Source: Bacteroidales bacterium (GTDB lineage: Bacteria > Bacteroidota > Bacteroidia > Bacteroidales > UBA10428). Taken from it: a stretch of 64,000 nt of DNA. Every line of letters begins with the position of its first letter. Positions within the stretch are counted from its first letter, which is position 1. A program made the translations under genes and the position numbers. Where the stretch lies: contig DATEVU010000119.1 in NCBI GenBank assembly GCA_035258345.1, positions 46,487 through 110,486 of the forward strand. The letters run 5' to 3'. This document shows, piece after piece, positions 9,987 through 19,947 of this stretch. The notes under the pieces are model-generated. The model did not search any database. It had not been told where the DNA came from and worked only from the letters and a program-made list of their open reading frames with translations.

Positions 9987-11075
9987 ATGAAAGCAAGAAT
10001 TAGCAAAAAAAGAACCGCTGCAGGCGTAATAGCTGTGATGATCGCGGTAGGAATGTTCGCCCAAAACGGTTCATTTACCAGGGAGGTTAAAAAGGATTTT
10101 TCTGTTAATCAAAATACAAAGCTTGAAATTTCAAACAAGTACGGCAATGTTGATATTGTAAACCGAACCGATCAGGCCCTGTCCATTCAGGTCCAGATTA
10201 AAGTAAATGTTAAGGACAAGGAGAGGGCAGATGCCATTCTTAACATGATAAAAATCAGCATTGACCAGGAGGGTGATGTGATCCGGGCAGTTACAGAAAT
10301 CGAAGAGGATTTTGGCAGGGTCTTCCGGGGATTCAATATGGGTAATGGCGGGCTTGAGATCAATTATTCGGTTTCCATGCCAAAAACCGTGCCGCTGAAT
10401 CTGTCAAACAAGTACGGAAATGTATTTATCGATGAAATTGTTTCCACTTCGGTTATCGATATAAAATACGGTAAGCTTACCGCCAATAAAATTATGCATG
10501 AATCCGACGAACCGCTGACAAAGGTTTATTTATCCTATTCCAACGGTACCATTCAGGAAACCAAATGGATTGAACTGGATATCAAGTACTCAAAGATCAA
10601 CATCAACGAAAGTAAGGCCATGGCTATTATTAGCAAGTATTCCAAGGTCGGCGTAATCCAGGGGAGTTCCATCGTAAGCGAATCAAAATATGACACCTAT
10701 GAGCTGGGAAAACTGAATAATTTTGTGACTACAGCCGCCTATGGACACTTTTCCATTCGTGAATTATCCGGCAAGCTCCAGGTTGATTCAAAATATACCG
10801 ACGTAATGATCGACCGTATTAACGCGGGTTTCGAGAATATTAAAATTACAAACAGCTACGGAACCTATAAGCTTGGGATTGATCCGGCTGCCTCTTACCG
10901 GCTGAATGCATACGCAAAGTACTGCAATATCAGCTACCCTGAAAATAATGCCCGGGTGAACCGGTTCAATGAAAACAACGAGATGAAAGTAAACGGGACC
11001 ATAGGAAGTACGGAGAACCCTAAAGCAGAGATTTCAGTGACTTCACACTATGGTAATATCAGGTTGGTACCGTAA
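9987..11075 (+). CDS. Secreted DUF4097/LiaG-like putative adhesin (beta-solenoid repeat protein)
   Basis: Signal peptide from the ATG at 9987 (MKARISKKRTAAGVIAVMIAVGMFAQ). About 11 degenerate repeats of a [KS]-Y-[GS]-x-hydrophobic strand motif (NKYGNVDIV, NKYGNVFID, SHYGNIRLV). Confidence 0.5.
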   Translation: MKARISKKRTAAGVIAVMIAVGMFAQNGSFTREVKKDFSVNQNTKLEISNKYGNVDIVNRTDQALSIQVQIKVNVKDKERADAILNMIKISIDQEGDVIRAVTEIEEDFGRVFRGFNMGNGGLEINYSVSMPKTVPLNLSNKYGNVFIDEIVSTSVIDIKYGKLTANKIMHESDEPLTKVYLSYSNGTIQETKWIELDIKYSKININESKAMAIISKYSKVGVIQGSSIVSESKYDTYELGKLNNFVTTAAYGHFSIRELSGKLQVDSKYTDVMIDRINAGFENIKITNSYGTYKLGIDPAASYRLNAYAKYCNISYPENNARVNRFNENNEMKVNGTIGSTENPKAEISVTSHYGNIRLVP

Positions 11076-11122
11076 GAAAAAAGAGCAAAGATTAAAGAAC
11101 AAAGAGCAAAGAATAAGGGAGA
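11074..11122. repeat. Tandem AAGANNA heptad tract (about 7 units) starting at the stop codon of the preceding gene
   Basis: The units read AAGAAAA AAGAGCA AAGATTA AAGAACA AAGAGCA AAGAATA AGGGAGA. Confidence 0.8.
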
Positions 11123-11129
11123 AGTCATA

Positions 11130-11201
11130 AAAAGCTCTCGCAGATATGGCAGATTTCACAGATTTTTTTCTGCGAATTCCGTCTGATCTGCGAGAGCTTT
11201 T
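11130..11201. repeat. 16-bp perfect inverted repeat (AAAAGCTCTCGCAGAT / ATCTGCGAGAGCTTTT) with a 40-nt spacer that contains CAGAT/ATCTG sub-repeats; REP-like element
   Basis: The arms are at 11130-11145 and 11186-11201. The spacer holds GCAGAT, CACAGAT, CTGCG and CTGATCTGCG. Confidence 0.8.
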
Positions 11202-11212
11202 GCATAATTCAA

Positions 11213-11220
11213 TATCTTTG
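11213..11220 (+). promoter_or_regulatory. -7 promoter box TATCTTTG for dnaX
   Basis: Exact TAnnTTTG match, 17 nt upstream of the dnaX ATG. This implies a very short leader. Confidence 0.4.
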
Positions 11221-11236
11221 CAGGGAATGAATTCCC

Positions 11237-12982
11237 ATGAGTAACTTTTTAGTATCTGCCAGAAAATACCGGCCTGTTAATTTTGATACCGTAGTGGGGC
11301 AACCCGCTGTGACCAATACCCTGAAGAGTGCCATCAGATCAGGTCATGTGGCACACGCGTATCTTTTCTGCGGTCCACGGGGCGTAGGCAAAACAACCTG
11401 CGCGAGGATATTTGCCAAAATATTGAATTGCACGGCACTGTCGGATAATATTGAAGCCTGCGAAAAGTGTGAATCCTGCAAATCCTTTAGCGAATCACGC
11501 TCATTCAATATTCATGAGCTGGATGCCGCCTCAAATAACTCGGTGGATGACATCAGGAGCCTGATCGATAAGGTCAGGATACTTCCCCAGATAGGAAAAT
11601 ACAGCATCTATATTATTGATGAGGTACATATGCTTTCTCAGGCGGCTTTTAACGCATTTCTCAAAACCCTTGAGGAACCGCCTGCTCATGCCATTTTTAT
11701 TCTCGCTACTACCGAAAAGCATAAGATATTGCCCACCATCCTGTCGCGGTGTCAGATTTTTGACTTCCACAGGATCAGGGTTGAGGATATTGTTGGGTAT
11801 TTGCAGCATGTAGCCCGCAAGGAAGATATCCGGTATGAGGAAGAGGCCCTGAATGTCATAGCACTTAAAGCCGATGGTGCCATGCGTGATGCACTTTCGA
11901 TCTTTGACCAGGTTGCCAGTTTCTCAAACGCGAATATTACTTACAGGGAGGTTTTGGACAATCTGAATTTTCTTGATTATGAGTACTATTTTAAATTAAC
12001 GGAAGTGTTTTTGAACGGCGAAACCGGCAAAGCACTGCTCATTTTTGATGAAATACTGCAACGGGGATTTGACGGACAAAATTTTACAGGAGGGTTATCC
12101 TCACATTTCCGTGATTTGTTGGTTTGTCACGATCCCTCCACGCTGCAGCTTCTTGAAGTAAGTGATGTATTGAAAACCCGTTACATGAAGCAGGCTGCCT
12201 TATGCACTGCCGAATTCCTGTTTAATGTGCTCGAAATATGCAACCAGTGTGAAATAACCTATAAATCAGCCAGGAATCAGCGATTGCACGTAGAACTTGC
12301 ACTTGTCAGGTTATGCGGTATCACCGGTGAAAAAAAAAACCTGATTCGTGTACACACTAAGCTTGCCGTACCCGAAATTATAAAAAAGGGAGTAGCCATA
12401 AAGGAGGAGCAGCCGCTACCTGTGAATGATTCACACGAGGCGGAGAAACCTGTTCCTGTCAGGGAACCCGAACCTTCGTATGAGCCCCCGCCGCGGATAT
12501 CCATTAAAGATGCCTTGCATGCTGCCGAAAATTTAAAACCGGCATGTGAAAAGATTCCTGTCACGGATAATGTAAGTACGGATAAGCCACTACCAGGCCC
12601 GGTTTCCACAAAGCCGGTCTCACAGGAATTTTTATTGATGTGCTGGAACTCATTTGCAGGTCAGATCCGCGAAGAAAAGCCACGTATGGCGGTTACCCTC
12701 AAAAATGTCAAACCGCTTGTTTCAGAGGAGCATATAATTGTTATTGAACTTAAAAACAGGTCTCAGCTTGAGGATTTTAACATGTCCGTCAAACCTGAAC
12801 TTGAAAAATTTCTCAGGCGTGAAATGCAGCATAATCTGATCACCGTTGAAGCCCGCCTGATCGAATCTGTTGAAGCCCCTCACACCAAATTGTATACCAG
12901 TGAGGAGAAATTCAGGTATCTTAGCCAGAAGAATCCCCTTCTCACGAATTTAAAGCAGGAACTCAACCTTGAGCTTGAATAA
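11237..12982 (+). CDS. dnaX: DNA polymerase III subunit gamma/tau
   Basis: Walker A GPRGVGKTT, Zn module CEKCESC, DEVHML, and SRC motif LSRCQIF. A Pro/Glu-rich linker and a tau-like C-terminal region follow. Confidence 0.95.
   Translation: MSNFLVSARKYRPVNFDTVVGQPAVTNTLKSAIRSGHVAHAYLFCGPRGVGKTTCARIFAKILNCTALSDNIEACEKCESCKSFSESRSFNIHELDAASNNSVDDIRSLIDKVRILPQIGKYSIYIIDEVHMLSQAAFNAFLKTLEEPPAHAIFILATTEKHKILPTILSRCQIFDFHRIRVEDIVGYLQHVARKEDIRYEEEALNVIALKADGAMRDALSIFDQVASFSNANITYREVLDNLNFLDYEYYFKLTEVFLNGETGKALLIFDEILQRGFDGQNFTGGLSSHFRDLLVCHDPSTLQLLEVSDVLKTRYMKQAALCTAEFLFNVLEICNQCEITYKSARNQRLHVELALVRLCGITGEKKNLIRVHTKLAVPEIIKKGVAIKEEQPLPVNDSHEAEKPVPVREPEPSYEPPPRISIKDALHAAENLKPACEKIPVTDNVSTDKPLPGPVSTKPVSQEFLLMCWNSFAGQIREEKPRMAVTLKNVKPLVSEEHIIVIELKNRSQLEDFNMSVKPELEKFLRREMQHNLITVEARLIESVEAPHTKLYTSEEKFRYLSQKNPLLTNLKQELNLELE
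12330..12360 (+). other. dnaX: Candidate recoding (slippage) site in dnaX: an A10 run followed by stops in the +1 and -1 frames
   Basis: The sequence GAA AAA AAA AAC gives 10 consecutive A at 12330-12339. There is a +1-frame TGA at 12342-12344 and a -1-frame TAA at 12358-12360. Confidence 0.45.
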
Positions 12983-12999
12983 TCAGAAATATTTAAAGT

Positions 13000-14226
13000 A
13001 TGAAAGGACAAAGAATAACCCTGAGCAACAATAAGCTGATCGTACCCGATAATCCCGTTATCCCGTTTATCGAAGGCGATGGAACAGGTCCGGATATATG
13101 GGCCGCTTCGGTAAAGGTTTTCAATGCTGCCGTAGAGAAAGCATATCATGGAAACAGACAGATCATATGGCAGGAGGTGTATGCCGGAGAAAAGTCCTAC
13201 AATAAAACAGGGAACTGGTTACCCGACGAAACCCTGCAGTCCATCCGTGATTGTATTGTGAGTATAAAAGGTCCCCTTACCACGCCTGTGGGCGGAGGGA
13301 TCCGTTCACTCAATGTGGCGTTACGGCAGATTCTGGATCTGTACGTTTGCCTCCGGCCGGTTAAATACTTCGAAGGGGTACCCTCACCGGTAAAAGATCC
13401 TTCCACTACCAACATGGTTATATTCAGGGAAAATGCCGAGGATATCTATGCCGGAATTGAATGGATGGCGGAAACTCCACAGGTGAAACAGGTAATAACA
13501 TTTCTGATGGAGGAAATGAAGGTAGAGAAGATAAGGTTTCCCGAATCATCCTCTATCGGCATCAAACCGGTTTCAAAAGCCGGTACCGAAAGACTTGTGA
13601 GAGCAGCTATCCGTTATGCGGTACAACATGATCTGCCTTCCGTAACACTTGTTCATAAAGGCAATATCATGAAATTCACCGAAGGTGCTTTTCGTGACTG
13701 GGGATACCAGCTCGCCAAAAATGAATTCGGTGCCTCAGAGATTGACGGCGGACCCTGGTGTTCGTTCATGAATTCAACTTCCGGCAAAAGGATCATCATC
13801 AAGGATGTAATTGCAGATGCATTTTTACAGCAAATACTTACCCGTCCGGCCGAATACTCGGTGATTGCCACACTCAACCTCAACGGCGACTACATATCTG
13901 ATGCCCTTGCAGCTATTGTAGGCGGAATAGGAATTGCCCCGGGTGCAAATATCAATTATGAAACAGGACATGCGGTTTTTGAGGCCACCCATGGCACGGC
14001 TCCCAAATACGCCGGAAAAGACATGGTGAACCCGGGTTCGGTTATACTCTCCGGAGTGATGATGCTTGAATATATGGGATGGAATGAGGCCGCAGAATTG
14101 ATAACTGGGGGCCTGAAGGCCTCAATAAAAGCAAAAAAGGTAACCTATGATTTTGAAAGACTGATGGAAGGAGCGACAAAACTATCCTGTTCGGCATTTG
14201 GCGACGAGATTATCCGAAACATGTGA
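13000..14226 (+). CDS. icd: NADP-dependent isocitrate dehydrogenase
   Basis: 408 aa. Matches homodimeric prokaryotic IDH blocks ([47 protein letters not shown]). Confidence 0.93.
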   Translation: MKGQRITLSNNKLIVPDNPVIPFIEGDGTGPDIWAASVKVFNAAVEKAYHGNRQIIWQEVYAGEKSYNKTGNWLPDETLQSIRDCIVSIKGPLTTPVGGGIRSLNVALRQILDLYVCLRPVKYFEGVPSPVKDPSTTNMVIFRENAEDIYAGIEWMAETPQVKQVITFLMEEMKVEKIRFPESSSIGIKPVSKAGTERLVRAAIRYAVQHDLPSVTLVHKGNIMKFTEGAFRDWGYQLAKNEFGASEIDGGPWCSFMNSTSGKRIIIKDVIADAFLQQILTRPAEYSVIATLNLNGDYISDALAAIVGGIGIAPGANINYETGHAVFEATHGTAPKYAGKDMVNPGSVILSGVMMLEYMGWNEAAELITGGLKASIKAKKVTYDFERLMEGATKLSCSAFGDEIIRNM

Positions 14227-14263
14227 ATCTGAAATTAGATTTCAATTAAGCACTTTTTTTTCC

Positions 14264-14271
14264 TAAATTTG
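14264..14271 (+). promoter_or_regulatory. -7 promoter box TAAATTTG for the ferritin gene
   Basis: Exact TAnnTTTG match, 35 nt upstream of the ATG at 14306. Confidence 0.45.
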
Positions 14272-14305
14272 TGCATCTAATATAACCCTTGAAATAATTG
14301 CAGCC

Positions 14306-14824
14306 ATGTTAAATAAGAAAATAGAAAGTGCATTAAATGACCAGGTGGAAAAAGAAGCATATTCCTCTTCACTTTACCTGGCCATGGCCTCCTGGGCAGA
14401 ATGTAAAGGAATGGAGGGCATCGCCGGATGGCTTTATAAACAGTCGGATGAAGAGAGACTGCATATGCTGAAATTCATTAAATATATAAATGAACGTGAC
14501 GGAAATGCGGTTGTGCCTGCACTTAAACAGCCCGGCAAGGAATATACAAACGTCACCAAGATGTTTTCCGAAGTTTTGAAGCATGAACAATTTATTTCAG
14601 CATCCATCAACGATATTGTAGCCCTGTGTGTCGCTGAAAAGGATTTTACCACCCAGAACTTTCTGCAATGGTTTGTTAATGAGCAGATAGAAGAAGAAGC
14701 AAATGCAACCAGGATATTGGACAAGCTGAACCTGGTGGGTGATGGGAGTTTATACCAGTTCGACAGGGACATAATGTCACTTCGTAAAACGGATTCAAAA
14801 GATGCAGGTGATGCAGCCACCTGA
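14306..14824 (+). CDS. ftnA: Non-haem ferritin
   Basis: 172 aa ferritin-like four-helix bundle with ferroxidase-centre Glu/His pattern (EKEAYSSSLYLAMASW, SDEERLHMLKF). Confidence 0.88.
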   Translation: MLNKKIESALNDQVEKEAYSSSLYLAMASWAECKGMEGIAGWLYKQSDEERLHMLKFIKYINERDGNAVVPALKQPGKEYTNVTKMFSEVLKHEQFISASINDIVALCVAEKDFTTQNFLQWFVNEQIEEEANATRILDKLNLVGDGSLYQFDRDIMSLRKTDSKDAGDAAT

Positions 14825-14927
14825 TAACCTGGTACGCTATTTGCTTTCTAATTGTTTAAATTTAAATTAATTATGTGCCGTCTTTTTGCGGCTCATACTT
14901 GAATTATTACTACGAACATATCCGCAT

Positions 14928-17900
14928 ATGCCAATCTCGAATATCCTGAAGAAATTCTTTGGAAGCAAATCACAGCGTGATGTAAAAGAAATCATTCCGT
15001 TCCTTAACAAAATCAGGACTGCCTATACCGACATCGAATTGCTATCGAATGATGCGTTGAGGGCAAAAACCATTGAAATTAATGAATTTGTCCGGAATAC
15101 CATACGCGAAAATGAAGATAAGATAAGTAACCTTAAACAACAGGTCGAATCCGGGAATCTTGACGTGGAGAAAGTGGAGGATATATACCTGGAGATCGAC
15201 AGGATTGAAAAGGAAAGCATCGGCAATATTGAAAAAGCACTTCTTGAAGTATTACCTGTGGCTTTTTCTATTGTAAAAGAAACGGCAAAACGGTTTAAAG
15301 AAAACGAATATATAGAGGTAACAGCGACCGATTTTGACAAAGACCTGGCAGCGCAGCGAAACAGCGTGCAGATAGCAGGAGATAAGGCCAGGTTCATGAA
15401 TACCTGGATGGCTGGAGGAAATCAGATTACCTGGGACATGGTTCATTATGATGAACAGCTTATCGGCGGTGTTGTGCTACACGAGGGTAAAATTTCCGAA
15501 ATGGCAACGGGTGAAGGGAAAACACTGGTCGCAACCCTGCCTGTATTTTTAAATGCCCTTGCAGGAAGAGGTGTACATATTGTAACTGTTAATGATTACC
15601 TGTCCCGCCGTGACTCGGAGTGGATGGGACCTATTTTTGAATTCCATGGCCTGTCGGTGGATTGTATCGACAAGCACCAACCCAATTCCGAAGCAAGGCG
15701 AAAGGCTTACCTGGCTGACGTGACCTATGGTACCAACAATGAATTCGGATTTGATTATCTCCGCGATAATATGGCCATTAGCCCATCGGACCTTGTACAG
15801 CGAAAACATCACTATGCAATTGTCGATGAAGTGGATTCCGTGCTTATTGACGATGCCCGGACACCCCTGATCATTTCCGGTCCCGTTCCGCGAGGCGAAG
15901 ACCAGTCATTCGAAGAATTCAAACCCCAGGTAGAGAAACTGGTATCAACCCAGCGTAACCTCGTGACCAATTTGCTTTCGGATGCCAGGAAGCTGATTGG
16001 AGATGATAATACCGAAGAAGGAGCTTTTAAACTGCTGCAATCCTTCAAGGGATTGCCCAAGAATAAGCCCCTTATCAAATTCCTGAGCGAACAGGGAAAC
16101 AAAGCGCTGCTGTTGAAAACCGAAAATCATTACATGCAGGAAAACAGTAAAAATATGCATGTTGTTACGGATGACCTTTATTTTGTCATTGAAGAAAAAC
16201 TGAATTCCGTTGAACTAACCGAAAAAGGGTTAGACCTGATCACCGGATCGGCCGAGGATTCGAACTTTTTCATTATGCCTGATATCGGGTCGGAGATTGC
16301 AGAACTTGAGAAATCAGGACTTTCTGTTGAGGAAAAGCTGTTGAAAAAAGATAAATTACTCCAGGACTATGCCATTAAATCCGATCGTATACACACGGTT
16401 AACCAGTTGCTGAAGGCCTATACAATGTTTGAAAGCGATGTGGATTATGTGGTGATGGACAATAAGGTGAAGATCGTGGATGAACAAACCGGCCGTATAC
16501 TCGAAGGCCGGAGATATTCCGAAGGTCTGCATCAGGCAATAGAGGCCAAGGAAAGGGTAAAGGTCGAAGCAGCCACGCAAACCTTTGCCACCATTACCCT
16601 GCAGAACTACTTCAGGATGTATCACAAACTTGCAGGTATGACCGGTACTGCCGAAACGGAAGCATCCGAATTGTGGAACATTTACAAGCTTGATGTGGTT
16701 GTGATCCCCACCCACCGGCCTGTTGTGAGAAATGACAGGGACGACCTGGTTTACCGCACCAAACGCGAAAAATACAATGCGGTAATTGATGAGATCGTCA
16801 ACCTGCATACAAGCGGAAGACCTTCACTGGTAGGTACCACGTCGGTGGAAATATCCGAACTGCTCAGCAGGATGCTCAAGTTAAAAGGAATTAAGCACAA
16901 TGTGCTGAATGCGAAGCTGCATCAGCGGGAAGCTGAAATCGTCGCTGAGGCCGGGAGAACGGGTACAGTAACCATTGCGACCAACATGGCGGGTAGGGGA
17001 ACCGATATTAAGCTGACTCAGGATGTACGCATAGCGGGAGGTCTGGCCATCATCGGGACCGAAAGGCATGAATCAAGGCGCGTTGACAGGCAGTTGCGTG
17101 GCCGTTCAGGTAGACAGGGTGATCCGGGTACATCCCAGTTCTATGTTTCACTCGAAGACGACCTTATGCGGCTTTTTGCCTCTGACCGTATTGCCGGCTG
17201 GATGGCAAAAATGGGCTGGAACGAGGGAGAACCCATTCAGGCAAAGCTTATTACACAGTCCATTGAAAGGGCACAGCGAAAGGTTGAAGAAAACAACTTC
17301 GGCATACGTAAACGGCTGCTGGAATACGATGATGTGATGAATTCCCAGCGTGAGGTGATCTATACCAAGAGAAGGCATGCTCTTTTCGGAGAACGCATCC
17401 AGGTTGATGTGGCCAACATGATGTTTGATGTTTGTGAAAGTGTTGTTACACAGTTGCACGGCAACTCCGATTACGAAGAGTTCCGGTTTACTATTTTACG
17501 GGTACTCTCAGTTGAACCTGCCGTAACACAGCAGGAATATAACAAATTAACCGCAATGGAGATCACCGAAAGGATATATAAATCACTGCGCGAGACCTAC
17601 CTGAGAAAACAATCGGTAATATCCCAGCAGGCTTACCCAGTGATAAAAGACGTTTTTGAAAAACAGGGCAAACTGTATGAGAATATTGTGGTCCCCATTA
17701 CCGATGGAGCACGCATTTACCATATTCTTACCAACCTCGAGAAGGCCTATAAATCGAACGGCGAGGAATTGGTACGATCCTACGAAAAAACTATCCTGCT
17801 GAATACAATCGATGAAGCCTGGAAGGAACACCTGCGCGAACTCGATGACCTCAGGCAATCGGTGCAAACAGCTACCTATGAACAAAAGGATCCGTTGCTG

Positions 17901-18236
17901 ATCTATAAATTTGAATCCTTTGAGCTGTTCAGAACCATGATCGACAAGATAAACCGTGATGTGGCCGGGATTTTGATGAAAGGACAGATACCTATCCGTG
18001 ACTCAAGCGGCGTGTTGCGTGCCCAGGCTCCCAGGAGAACCGACTTCAGCAAGATGGAAGCCAATAAGAAAGAATTTCAACCCGATGCCGCCACCGGCGG
18101 TACCGGACAAAAGAAAGATGAACATGTTCAACCTGTAAGGGTGGAAAAGAAAGTTGGCCGGAATGAACCCTGCCCATGCGGCAGCGGAAAAAAATACAAG
18201 CACTGCCACGGAGCACAGCAGGAGGTAATGCGGTAA
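14928..18236 (+). CDS. secA: Preprotein translocase ATPase SecA
   Basis: Motor motifs [35 protein letters not shown] and [10 protein letters not shown], plus the C-terminal zinc motif [14 protein letters not shown]. The ATG at 14928 ([12 protein letters not shown]) is preferred over the upstream TTG at 14886. Confidence 0.96.
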   Translation: MPISNILKKFFGSKSQRDVKEIIPFLNKIRTAYTDIELLSNDALRAKTIEINEFVRNTIRENEDKISNLKQQVESGNLDVEKVEDIYLEIDRIEKESIGNIEKALLEVLPVAFSIVKETAKRFKENEYIEVTATDFDKDLAAQRNSVQIAGDKARFMNTWMAGGNQITWDMVHYDEQLIGGVVLHEGKISEMATGEGKTLVATLPVFLNALAGRGVHIVTVNDYLSRRDSEWMGPIFEFHGLSVDCIDKHQPNSEARRKAYLADVTYGTNNEFGFDYLRDNMAISPSDLVQRKHHYAIVDEVDSVLIDDARTPLIISGPVPRGEDQSFEEFKPQVEKLVSTQRNLVTNLLSDARKLIGDDNTEEGAFKLLQSFKGLPKNKPLIKFLSEQGNKALLLKTENHYMQENSKNMHVVTDDLYFVIEEKLNSVELTEKGLDLITGSAEDSNFFIMPDIGSEIAELEKSGLSVEEKLLKKDKLLQDYAIKSDRIHTVNQLLKAYTMFESDVDYVVMDNKVKIVDEQTGRILEGRRYSEGLHQAIEAKERVKVEAATQTFATITLQNYFRMYHKLAGMTGTAETEASELWNIYKLDVVVIPTHRPVVRNDRDDLVYRTKREKYNAVIDEIVNLHTSGRPSLVGTTSVEISELLSRMLKLKGIKHNVLNAKLHQREAEIVAEAGRTGTVTIATNMAGRGTDIKLTQDVRIAGGLAIIGTERHESRRVDRQLRGRSGRQGDPGTSQFYVSLEDDLMRLFASDRIAGWMAKMGWNEGEPIQAKLITQSIERAQRKVEENNFGIRKRLLEYDDVMNSQREVIYTKRRHALFGERIQVDVANMMFDVCESVVTQLHGNSDYEEFRFTILRVLSVEPAVTQQEYNKLTAMEITERIYKSLRETYLRKQSVISQQAYPVIKDVFEKQGKLYENIVVPITDGARIYHILTNLEKAYKSNGEELVRSYEKTILLNTIDEAWKEHLRELDDLRQSVQTATYEQKDPLLIYKFESFELFRTMIDKINRDVAGILMKGQIPIRDSSGVLRAQAPRRTDFSKMEANKKEFQPDAATGGTGQKKDEHVQPVRVEKKVGRNEPCPCGSGKKYKHCHGAQQEVMR

Positions 18237-18243
18237 ATAAACC

Positions 18244-19125
18244 TCAAACCAACTTAACCAACTGCTCCAGCTTCTTATACATCACTTCACTAACCGGTAC
18301 AAGCGGCAACCTGAGATTGTTTGGCGAAACTTTGAGTATTTCGAGGGTAGCCTTGACGCCGGAGGGACTTCCTTCTTCAAATATGGCATTCATCATGTCA
18401 AGAAGTTTGAACTGGAGAGTTGCGGCTTTTACGAAATTACCATGAAGGGCGAAATTGACCATTTGGGTGAATTCCGCCGGAAAGGCATTCGCAATAACTG
18501 AAATGGCCCCGACAGCTCCCATTGACATCATGGGCAGGGTGATCAGATCATCACCGGAAATTACCAGAAAATCAGCAGGCTTGTTTTTCAGGATATGCAT
18601 GATCTGTGCCATATTGCCCGAAGCTTCCTTTATGGCAACAATATTGCCAAAGTCATTTGCCAGTCTCACCGTGGTCTCACCTGTCATATTGGATCCGGTA
18701 CGGCCTGGAACATTGTAAAGAATCACGGGTACAGGACTGATACCCGCAATGGTTTTGAAATGTTCATAAATTCCCTGCTGCGAAGGTTTGTTGTAATAAG
18801 GTGAAACCGATAGAATGGCATCAATGTTATTAAAATCGTTGTAATTCAGGGAATCCAATATTTCCTGTGTGTTGTTACCACCAATACCAACTACAATAGG
18901 AATCCGGCTGCTGACGGCTTCTATAACGAAATTCACAACTGCCTTTTTCTCATCTTTTGACAATGTCACCGATTCACCGGTTGTGCCTAGAACAACAACA
19001 TAATCTATACCACCTTTGATTATGTGCTCCAGCAATTTACCGAGAGATTTGAAATCAACGCTTCCATCATTCCTGAATGGGGTGATAATAGCTACACCCG
19101 TGCCGGTTAATTTCTTCTGCACCAT
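18244..19125 (-). CDS. dapA: 4-hydroxy-tetrahydrodipicolinate synthase
   Basis: 293 aa DHDPS family protein (VLGTTGES, active-site region VAIKEASGN). Confidence 0.92.
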   Translation of the reverse strand: MVQKKLTGTGVAIITPFRNDGSVDFKSLGKLLEHIIKGGIDYVVVLGTTGESVTLSKDEKKAVVNFVIEAVSSRIPIVVGIGGNNTQEILDSLNYNDFNNIDAILSVSPYYNKPSQQGIYEHFKTIAGISPVPVILYNVPGRTGSNMTGETTVRLANDFGNIVAIKEASGNMAQIMHILKNKPADFLVISGDDLITLPMMSMGAVGAISVIANAFPAEFTQMVNFALHGNFVKAATLQFKLLDMMNAIFEEGSPSGVKATLEILKVSPNNLRLPLVPVSEVMYKKLEQLVKLV

Positions 19126-19132
19126 ATGTTGT

Positions 19133-19780
19133 TTACTTTTTTAAAATGGAAAGATAATGGATTAACTGATTGATCAGGAAATTAAGTTGCATTTCGGTTT
19201 CCGTTTTTTTATTAACATCTGCCTCAATATCAGCATCCAAATCAGATTTAAGAGCATCTTTCATAATTTCCTGCTGCACACTGTTCATGTTCCTTTTTTC
19301 CTTTTCTATATCTATCATGAAGTCAAGATACTGATCATCCGGTGAAAACCTTCCGGCCTTAAAAGTTGCCGGGGAAAGTGCGGTGATGTAGTGAATGGGA
19401 TAGTAGTCCTGAAGGCTTAAATTGATTAGCAAATCAAAGGGCTCGCTTACAAATTGTTCGGTAACGGAGGAAACAGGCTTAAAATACCAGTTCAGATCGT
19501 TGGTGGAAAAAAAATCAAATCCTTTTCTGTATAAATAGTGATCAATGAGCTCTTTGCTGTGAACATACCCCAAAACCATAATCCGGGTACCTTCGTGTGA
19601 AAGACGCTTAACCAGCTCCCTGATGATTTCAAAGCTTACATATTCCGTTGCATTGTAGATAATTCCGATGTTTTGTGCTTCATGAATTGTGCAAACTACG
19701 GGGGAACGCTTCCGGCTTTTCATTCTGTTGGCCAGTATCTGCTTTCCAATGTTGGCTTTTATATTGTCAACCCATTCCAT
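19133..19780 (-). CDS. Conserved hypothetical protein, apparently co-transcribed with dapA
   Basis: 215 aa ORF with normal codon usage and no recognisable motif. It ends 7 nt before the dapA start. Confidence 0.55.
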   Translation of the reverse strand: MEWVDNIKANIGKQILANRMKSRKRSPVVCTIHEAQNIGIIYNATEYVSFEIIRELVKRLSHEGTRIMVLGYVHSKELIDHYLYRKGFDFFSTNDLNWYFKPVSSVTEQFVSEPFDLLINLSLQDYYPIHYITALSPATFKAGRFSPDDQYLDFMIDIEKEKRNMNSVQQEIMKDALKSDLDADIEADVNKKTETEMQLNFLINQLIHYLSILKK

Positions 19781-19947
19781 ACTGCAATTTTAAGAAAAAT
19801 ACTTAGATAAATAGCAGAATACGGAGCTGAAGTGAAATTGATATGGTAAATAAGGCAGTTTATCTATGAAATACCCTGATACTTCTATTTGCTTTCATGT
19901 TCACATTTCTATCTCCTACTTTTATCCTTAAATTAAACATTTGTCAA

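Noticed and set aside
14886-14927. N-terminal extensions proposed by the ORF track: TTG at 14886 for secA, ATG at 48019 for the ligase, TTG at 33623 for sucA, TTG at 58130 for fur, and TTG at 63202 for dedA.
   Set aside because: In each case a downstream ATG gives the N-terminus typical of the family. The extensions also overlap promoter boxes or terminator hairpins.
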